64,000 nt of DNA, taken from the NCBI GenBank assembly GCA_944362965.1, contig CALVTR010000006.1:27855-91854 (forward strand), in the 5' to 3' direction. Below, in pieces: positions 58,492 to 64,000 of the stretch. The notes below the pieces were generated by a model that made no database searches, was not told where the DNA came from, and worked only from the letters and a program-made list of their open reading frames with translations. Both the position numbers and the translations under genes were made by a program. The stretch's first letter is position 1; each line of letters starts with the position of its first letter. Source of the stretch: an uncultured Clostridia bacterium (GTDB lineage: Bacteria; Bacillota; Clostridia; Christensenellales; UBA1242).

Positions 58492-58751
58492 ACGTCACCT
58501 CTTAATAATTTTGTATATTATGATTTTATCATAGCTTAGAAAAAAATCAAAATATTTTGACGAAATATATAAGATAATATATAAATAAATATATATTTAT
58601 TTAATTATTTGCAATATGTATAAAAATAATCAACTTTAATATTAAAATATAAAAAAGGTGAAATTAAATAATTTATTATAAAAAATTTAAAAATATACCA
58701 TTTTAAAAAATAATTTTATCAATTTTTAATGTTTTTTCATAAAAAGTATAT

Positions 58752-59828
58752 ATGAAAAGTTTATCTTTATGTATGATTGTCAAAGATGAAGAAGACTGTA
58801 TTGAAAATTGCCTATCTTCAGTCAAAGACGCATTTGACGAAATAATCATTGTAGATACTGGCTCAACCGACAAGACAAAAGAGAAAGCAAGCAGGTTTAC
58901 AGACAAGATATTTGATTATACTTGGCAATTTGACTTTTCAAAGGCAAGGAATTTTTCTTTTGATAAGGCGACATGCGAATATATCATGTGGCTTGACGCA
59001 GACGATATCATGCTGCCAGAGTCAGTAGAGAAGATAAAAGAGTGGAAGAAAAATGGCGAAGATTGTGATTGCGTCATGTGCAAGTATATAACGTCTTATG
59101 ATGAGAGTTTTAAACCACTTTTCGAGTTTTTCAGAGAAAGGATTGTAAAAAACAGTCCACTTTTGCGTTGGAGCGACCCTATTCACGAAGTCATAACGCC
59201 AACGGGCAAGATTGTCTATAATAATGATATCTTGGTCTATCACAACAAGAAAAATAAACCCTACACAGATAGAAATCTAAATATTTATAGAAAGATGATA
59301 AAAGATGGCATGGTGTTCACGCCGCGTCAACAATTTTACTATGCAAGAGAACTATATTTCAACAACTTGATAGACGAGGCAATCCATGAGTTTTCAATCT
59401 TTTTGTCAAGTGGAAAAGGGTGGAGCGAAAACAATATTGAAGCCTGCCTAAATTTAGCAAAGTGTTATCAACTTAAAGGTGAAACGCAAAACGCAATCAC
59501 TGCACTCTTAGGCTCATTTACCTACGACGTTCCACGTGGTGAAGTGCTTTATCAGCTTGGCAGAATTTTTGAAGACGAAGCAAAATATGATATGGCTATT
59601 TATTGGTATAAACAGGCTCTAAGCAGCAACCCAAACACGCAAGGTGGCGGCTTTGTAAATGTTGATTGCTACAGATTCTTGCCTGCACTTCAGCTTTGTG
59701 TTTGCTATTATAAGAAAGGTGATGTCATCCTGTCGCAGCATTATCACAATGTCGCAAAGTCAATAAAGCCTAACGATAAAAATGTTTTATATAATGAAAA
59801 ATTCTTTAATAATTTAAATAAAAAATAA
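58752..59828 (+). CDS. Family-2 glycosyltransferase with a C-terminal TPR region
   Basis: LSLCMIVKDEEDCIENCLSSVKDAFDEIIIVDTGSTDKT...DFSKARN...WLDADD is a GT2 DxD-type domain. The C-terminal half has TPR-like repeats (LAKCYQLKGE, LGRIFEDEAKYDMAIYWYKQAL). Confidence 0.75.
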   Translation: MKSLSLCMIVKDEEDCIENCLSSVKDAFDEIIIVDTGSTDKTKEKASRFTDKIFDYTWQFDFSKARNFSFDKATCEYIMWLDADDIMLPESVEKIKEWKKNGEDCDCVMCKYITSYDESFKPLFEFFRERIVKNSPLLRWSDPIHEVITPTGKIVYNNDILVYHNKKNKPYTDRNLNIYRKMIKDGMVFTPRQQFYYARELYFNNLIDEAIHEFSIFLSSGKGWSENNIEACLNLAKCYQLKGETQNAITALLGSFTYDVPRGEVLYQLGRIFEDEAKYDMAIYWYKQALSSNPNTQGGGFVNVDCYRFLPALQLCVCYYKKGDVILSQHYHNVAKSIKPNDKNVLYNEKFFNNLNKK

Positions 59829-59903
59829 TAATTTAAAAATAATTCTTCGCCTTTATCTAAAAGGTGAATAAATAAAAAAGAAAACAAAAAAATGTTTTCT
59901 TTT

Positions 59904-60848
59904 TTATTTTTTATTTAATGCTTTTTTATCTAATATTTTCCCTATTTTTTTAACTTTATTTAAATAGAATTTTAAAAATTGTTCTCTTTTTATTTTAACA
60001 GTCAAAAGCACGTGTCCATTTTTATCAAACTTAACTAAAGTCTTGCCAGGCACATCAACAAGATCAACATCAACTTCAACACGTTTGCAGGTGAAAAGGT
60101 GTGGGTATGCAAGATAAAGATATGCACAGGTATCATTTGTTGCAATTCGTTTGTCAGGGAAGTTAGGTTCCCAATATGTGCTATACATTTGATATAAAAA
60201 CTTGCCAAAATCATTCGTGTCACGAAGCCCGTAAACAAAATCTTCAGGTAGATATGCTTCACGTCTGCCCATATCATAAGGTATCATAACAAGTGGAATC
60301 TTGCTTTCAAGCACAATTTTGAAAGCTTCAGGGTCAGAGGAAATATTGAAAGAAATATGGTCAGAAAAACCGGGAACTCCATAAGGAGAACCGCCCATAA
60401 ATACAATGCGTGGAATTTTGCTCACAATATCAGGGTGCTGCGTCAAAAGTCTAGCCACATTTGTTTGCGGACCAAGTGCGATAATAGAGATATCCCCATT
60501 TCCTTCTTTAAGCACTCTATACATAGCTTCAATGGCATCTTCTCTGATAGGAGAGTGATGCACTTCTCTTGGCGGGGTGTAGCCACCCATACCAGAAGCA
60601 GAGTGTATATATTCTGCACTTTTTCGCTCTCTCACAAGTGGCTTGTCAGAGCCTACTGCAACAGGAAAGTCAACATCAAACCTGTCAAGAAGATGCAAAA
60701 GATTTCTAGTAACAAATTTGATATTTACGTTACCAGAAACAGTTGTCAAAAGTTTTATATCAAGTCTTTTGTCGAAGAATGCAAAAGCAAGGCAAGCACT
60801 ATCGTCTACGCCGGGGTCAGTGTCAATTATAACTTTGTGTTTTCTCAT
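59904..60848 (-). CDS. Inosine/uridine-preferring nucleoside hydrolase family protein
   Basis: HKVIIDTDPGVDDSACLAFA is the DxDxxxDD signature. I prefer the start at MRKHKVII (60848). Confidence 0.8.
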   Translation of the reverse strand: MRKHKVIIDTDPGVDDSACLAFAFFDKRLDIKLLTTVSGNVNIKFVTRNLLHLLDRFDVDFPVAVGSDKPLVRERKSAEYIHSASGMGGYTPPREVHHSPIREDAIEAMYRVLKEGNGDISIIALGPQTNVARLLTQHPDIVSKIPRIVFMGGSPYGVPGFSDHISFNISSDPEAFKIVLESKIPLVMIPYDMGRREAYLPEDFVYGLRDTNDFGKFLYQMYSTYWEPNFPDKRIATNDTCAYLYLAYPHLFTCKRVEVDVDLVDVPGKTLVKFDKNGHVLLTVKIKREQFLKFYLNKVKKIGKILDKKALNKK

Positions 60849-61075
60849 AGCCAATCCTTTTAAGCAGTCGCAAGCCTGATGCCACAAGGCTTATAAAAAT
60901 ATTATATTCTAAAATTAAAATAAAACAAAGCGAATTTATCATTTTAGTTGATAATCAAACAAAAATATGATAAAATAAATCTGCATTTTATAGAGGTCAA
61001 AACTTATATCTAAAGATAAAATGTAAATTAAGCCGCCAGTCCACACTCATTTAATTTTACGCCTTTAAAAAATAA

Positions 61076-61166
61076 GGAGACGTATCGAAGTGGTCGTAAC
61101 GAGACGCACTCGAAATGCGTTTGTCGAGAGATCGGCACGTGGGTTCGAATCCCACCGTCTCCGCCA
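61076..61166 (+). tRNA. tRNA-Ser (anticodon CGA), long variable arm, CCA encoded
   Basis: Acceptor GGAGACG/CGTCTCC. Anticodon stem ACGCA/TGCGT with loop CTCGAAA. T-arm GTGGG-TTCGAAT-CCCAC. Confidence 0.9.
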
Positions 61167-61214
61167 AAAAACTATAGCCAAGAATTTATTTTCTCGGCTA
61201 TTTTTTTATTTATA

Positions 61215-61646
61215 TCATTTTGATAAAAGATTGCCAATTAAGTATTCAATGCTTACATCAAAATATTTTGCTAAATCTATAAGGTTTATGGTTTTAGGAA
61301 TCAAACCATCACGCCAGCGATAGTAACTATACTCGCTCATTTTTAGGTTTTTCATAGTTTGTGCAATACTTATTCCGCTAGATTTGATTAAGTTTTTTAA
61401 ATTTTCAAAAAATGGCTTATTGTTTCTATTTGAGAAATCATTGGTGTCACTAAGACCGAATAAAAAATCAAGCGAACAATTAAAATAGTTTGCCATATCT
61501 ATTGCTATTTCAATTTTAGGGTAATAGCCATTGTTAAAATAACCATTTATAGTTGTTGAAGAAATGTTCAAAGATTTTGCTAGTTGCAGTCTTGATAGGT
61601 TATTTTCATCTAAAAGTTCTTGTAATCTTTCTTGAAACTCGTTCAT
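61215..61646 (-). CDS. Tandem double-HTH XRE-family regulator
   Basis: Two HTH_3-like units: LSRLQLAKSLNISSTTINGYFNN...YFNCSLDFLFG and ISIAQTMKNLKMSEYSYYRW...YFDVSIEYLIG. Confidence 0.7.
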   Translation of the reverse strand: MNEFQERLQELLDENNLSRLQLAKSLNISSTTINGYFNNGYYPKIEIAIDMANYFNCSLDFLFGLSDTNDFSNRNNKPFFENLKNLIKSSGISIAQTMKNLKMSEYSYYRWRDGLIPKTINLIDLAKYFDVSIEYLIGNLLSK

Positions 61647-61802
61647 AATTAAAAACTCTCACTACTTTCTATGATTTTATGAAAAAACAATGATAAAAAC
61701 TTGAATTAGAGAGTTGTGAGAGCATGTAATATTATATCTCTAAATATTTCTCGTATTTTAATAGATATTGACAAATATCCTTAGTTTTTATATAATTAAC
61801 CT

Positions 61803-62675
61803 ATGAATAACACAATTTTAAAATTTTTAGAAAGACATGATTTTGATTTAAGTTTGATCAAAAAGAAATGTGATTTAGGGGTGAAGTCTTCAAAGGACGT
61901 GAACCCAATAATTGCCAAGTATTATATTGGCAAAGGGGAAGAGCAGCAGAGAATCTATGTTGCCGATATTGTTGGTTATGATTATAGTTATATGAATCTG
62001 GATAATTCAAATATCATAGATAATATGTCTTATTTCTACAATGAAAATGGCGATGGCTATTCAACAAGGTCACTTTCGCTTTTAGATATTCCAACGGATG
62101 AAATTGTGTATAGGCTTATGGGCAGTTTTACAAGAGACCCGATGTATTTGATGGAAGCAGACAAGGGTAAATATGTTATAGATAGCAATGGATTACATAG
62201 ATTACATATTTTAAAAGCTCATTATTTAAAAGAACTTTCAGAGCTTGAAGAAGGTGACGCTATAGGGCATAAAATCTTGGAAGATAAATATATGGTTGAA
62301 ACAATGGCTAGAAAAGTTGACTATTTAAAAACTTATTCTTCATTTTTGTTTCAGCAGATAGCAAGGTATTATGGTTGTGATTTTGATATAAGACCGCAGT
62401 ATGATGACTATGGTGAGCTCACAGGTAAAGTGACGATAGAGTTAAGGGGCAAAAATGAAAAACTAGTTTTGAATGATAAGCAATTTATAAAACTATTGAA
62501 AGATGAAATAGCAAACTTTTTAAATGACAACTCTATTTCTAAAAAAGATAAAAAACATTTTATAGATTTTGTAGGTCAAACAATAGAAGAATATGATAGT
62601 TTTAAAGAGTATATTAAGCAAAATTTACAAGAAATATATAATGAATGTTTTAGTGATGAAGTGGAAGTTGGTTAA
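61803..62675 (+). CDS. Hypothetical protein with a weak ParB/Srx-like nuclease-fold motif
   Basis: 290 aa. KYVIDSNGLHRLHILKAHYL resembles the ParB-like DGxHR segment. This is a weak call. Confidence 0.35.
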   Translation: MNNTILKFLERHDFDLSLIKKKCDLGVKSSKDVNPIIAKYYIGKGEEQQRIYVADIVGYDYSYMNLDNSNIIDNMSYFYNENGDGYSTRSLSLLDIPTDEIVYRLMGSFTRDPMYLMEADKGKYVIDSNGLHRLHILKAHYLKELSELEEGDAIGHKILEDKYMVETMARKVDYLKTYSSFLFQQIARYYGCDFDIRPQYDDYGELTGKVTIELRGKNEKLVLNDKQFIKLLKDEIANFLNDNSISKKDKKHFIDFVGQTIEEYDSFKEYIKQNLQEIYNECFSDEVEVG

Positions 62676-62689
62676 TAAAGGAGCAGAAT

Positions 62690-63019
62690 ATGGAACTATT
62701 AAAATGTGAAACAAGTGACATAGAGAATACCGAAAAGTATATTTTAAAAAATGGCGAAAAAGAGATTGGCTATGGCTATATCAAGGGCGTTGAAATAAAC
62801 CCAATAGAGATTTTTATTTATGAAAATGAAAGGTCAAATGGCTATGGCAAACTTTTATTTTCAAAGCTTCTTGAAATTATAAAAGAAAAGGAAGCTAAAT
62901 TGCTTACTTTTGATTTGCCTGAAGAACAATATAGAATGATAAATATTGTAGCATATTCTGGCGGACGCTATATTTCTATAAAAAATGGCGTTAGAAGATA
63001 TATCTTGCCTATAAAATAA
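62690..63019 (+). CDS. Small GNAT-like acetyltransferase-fold protein
   Basis: 109 aa. ENERSNGYGKLLFSKLLE fits GNAT motif A (R-x-x-G-x-G). Only 14 nt downstream of the preceding ORF. Confidence 0.45.
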   Translation: MELLKCETSDIENTEKYILKNGEKEIGYGYIKGVEINPIEIFIYENERSNGYGKLLFSKLLEIIKEKEAKLLTFDLPEEQYRMINIVAYSGGRYISIKNGVRRYILPIK

Positions 63020-63184
63020 AATTTAATAAATTTTGATTATTTTTTATAAAATTTAACAAAAAACACGTAAAATCATGAAAATTTCAGTAAAAAACGTGTT
63101 TTTTTCATTAAAAATGTGCTTTTAAATTAAAAATACTATATATCTTTTAAAGTTATATATAGTATTTCAGAGTGTAGACAAAAA

Positions 63185-63452
63185 TTTCAGGTTGCAGAAA
63201 AACTAGCGTAGGCTTGTGCTCGGGTGGCTTAGCCACTTTTTAAGGGCACCCCTAAAATCGTTAGATTTTTGGGGATAAGAAGCAAACGAGTGATATCGCA
63301 ATAAATTGTGTATACAATTTTTGCCTGAACGTAGTTTGCGACGCCAGCAGGAGTTTAGTAAGCCTAAATAACTGTTTTTAGGCGTTTTACAGTAAACGCA
63401 GCAAGAAAAATTTATTTAATTTTTCGGTCGCGACGTTTTTATGCAGCCTGAT
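63185..63452. repeat. ~270-nt GC-rich multi-hairpin element closed by an outer stem
   Basis: Outer stem TCAGGTTGCA (63187-96) / TGCAGCCTGA (63443-52), with one G-T pair. Inner hairpins: GTGGC-tta-GCCAC (63224-36), CCCCTAAAATC-gtta-GATTTTTGGGG (63249-74), GCAATAAATTGT-gtat-ACAATTTTTGC (63298-324), GCCTAAA...TTTAGGC (63362-83). Confidence 0.55.
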
Positions 63453-63456
63453 TTTG

Positions 63457-64000
63457 TTATTCAATGCTAGTCAATGCCGCCCAAGTGTTAGGTCCAACTA
63501 TGCCATCAACCGCAAGCCCATTAGCCGACTGAAAAGCACGAACAGCGTTAGCGGTGCGAGAGCCAAAAATTCCGTCAATAGTGCCAACAGGGTAGAGATT
63601 ACTCTCAAGTAGTTGTTGCAAAAATCTAACATACGCTCCACGATAGTTTTGCCTTAAAAGCGGATAGGTTGGAAGAGTTAAAAGAGTTTTCCAAGTGTTA
63701 TTTCCAACCAGCCCATCAACAGTAAGTGAGTTCACACGTTGGAAGTCTCTCACTGCATTAAGCGTGTTATTACCAAAAATTCCATCAACACTCAAATTAT
63801 ACCCATAATCATTATTTAAAATAAACTGCAAAAGATACACAAAGTTGTTGCTGCTTCCACTTCTTAAAAGTGGATAATTGTCTAGATTGTCACGTGGAAT
63901 ATAGCCCACATTCAAATAATCGCAAACCCCATGGCAAGCCTCTTCTCCAACTTCAGTAACAAAAAGTGGATTTATCATAAGAGCGGCTTCACGCAAGTTT
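63457..64000 (-). CDS. Protein with two C-terminal peptidoglycan-binding (PG_binding_1) repeats; N-terminus may lie beyond the window
   Basis: LRSGSSNNFVYLLQFIL...VDGIFGNNTLNAVRDFQRVNSLTVDGLVGNNTWKTL and LRQNYRGAYVRFLQQLL...IDGIFGSRTANAVRAFQSANGLAVDGIVGPNTWAAL. The frame is still open at the window edge. Confidence 0.7.
   Translation of the reverse strand, partial: NLREAALMINPLFVTEVGEEACHGVCDYLNVGYIPRDNLDNYPLLRSGSSNNFVYLLQFILNNDYGYNLSVDGIFGNNTLNAVRDFQRVNSLTVDGLVGNNTWKTLLTLPTYPLLRQNYRGAYVRFLQQLLESNLYPVGTIDGIFGSRTANAVRAFQSANGLAVDGIVGPNTWAALTSIE

Noticed and set aside
1-64000. Alternative genetic code (TGA read as Trp, Mollicutes-like), suggested by low GC and TM-anchored giant surface proteins
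   Set aside because: GyrA, GyrB, SecA, MetRS, YchF and the ribosomal proteins are all full-length under the standard code. Conserved Trp positions use TGG. Peptidoglycan-binding domains and sigH argue for a walled Firmicute.

Overview
Low-GC, standard-code Firmicutes-type chromosome segment. No rRNA, CRISPR array or IS transposase was seen. Domain calls rest on motif recognition only; no searches were run.

Housekeeping genes: helD (partial), gyrB/gyrA, metG, sigH, rlmB, mrnC, ychF, secA, rpmG-secE-nusG-rplK-rplA, an ABC exporter, and two tRNAs (initiator Met, Ser-CGA).

Main finding: a ~10.9 kb element (10611-21498) integrated into the 3' end of the initiator tRNA-Met gene, flanked by 45-bp direct repeats.
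- It encodes a tyrosine integrase, an XRE repressor, a Zot/pI-like ATPase and membrane-anchored surface proteins.
- It also encodes a circovirus-type (CRESS-like) HUH+SF3 Rep.
- Just upstream of rep lies a canonical origin: a stem-loop whose loop reads TAGTATTAC on the rep strand, next to five GCGTCAA(G/T) iterons and a GC-rich hairpin cluster.
- No inovirus-type major coat gene is evident.
- Right of attR, two further 32-nt tRNA 3'-end fragments sit in ~195-bp tandem units.

Other notable items:
- A G8 tract in the spacer of a near-consensus promoter for a secreted protein, a phase-variation candidate.
- A mosaic family of GC-rich, hairpin-dense intergenic elements at five loci, where structure is kept while stem sequence changes.
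- A DUF488 gene plus two MazG-like genes inserted between gyrB and gyrA.
- Two adjacent giant uncharacterised membrane-tethered helical proteins next to secA.
- A 2811-aa surface protein divergent from a GT2-TPR glycosyltransferase.
- A nucleoside-deoxyribosyltransferase-like/metallophosphoesterase fusion.
- A small tRNA-Ser-adjacent islet.
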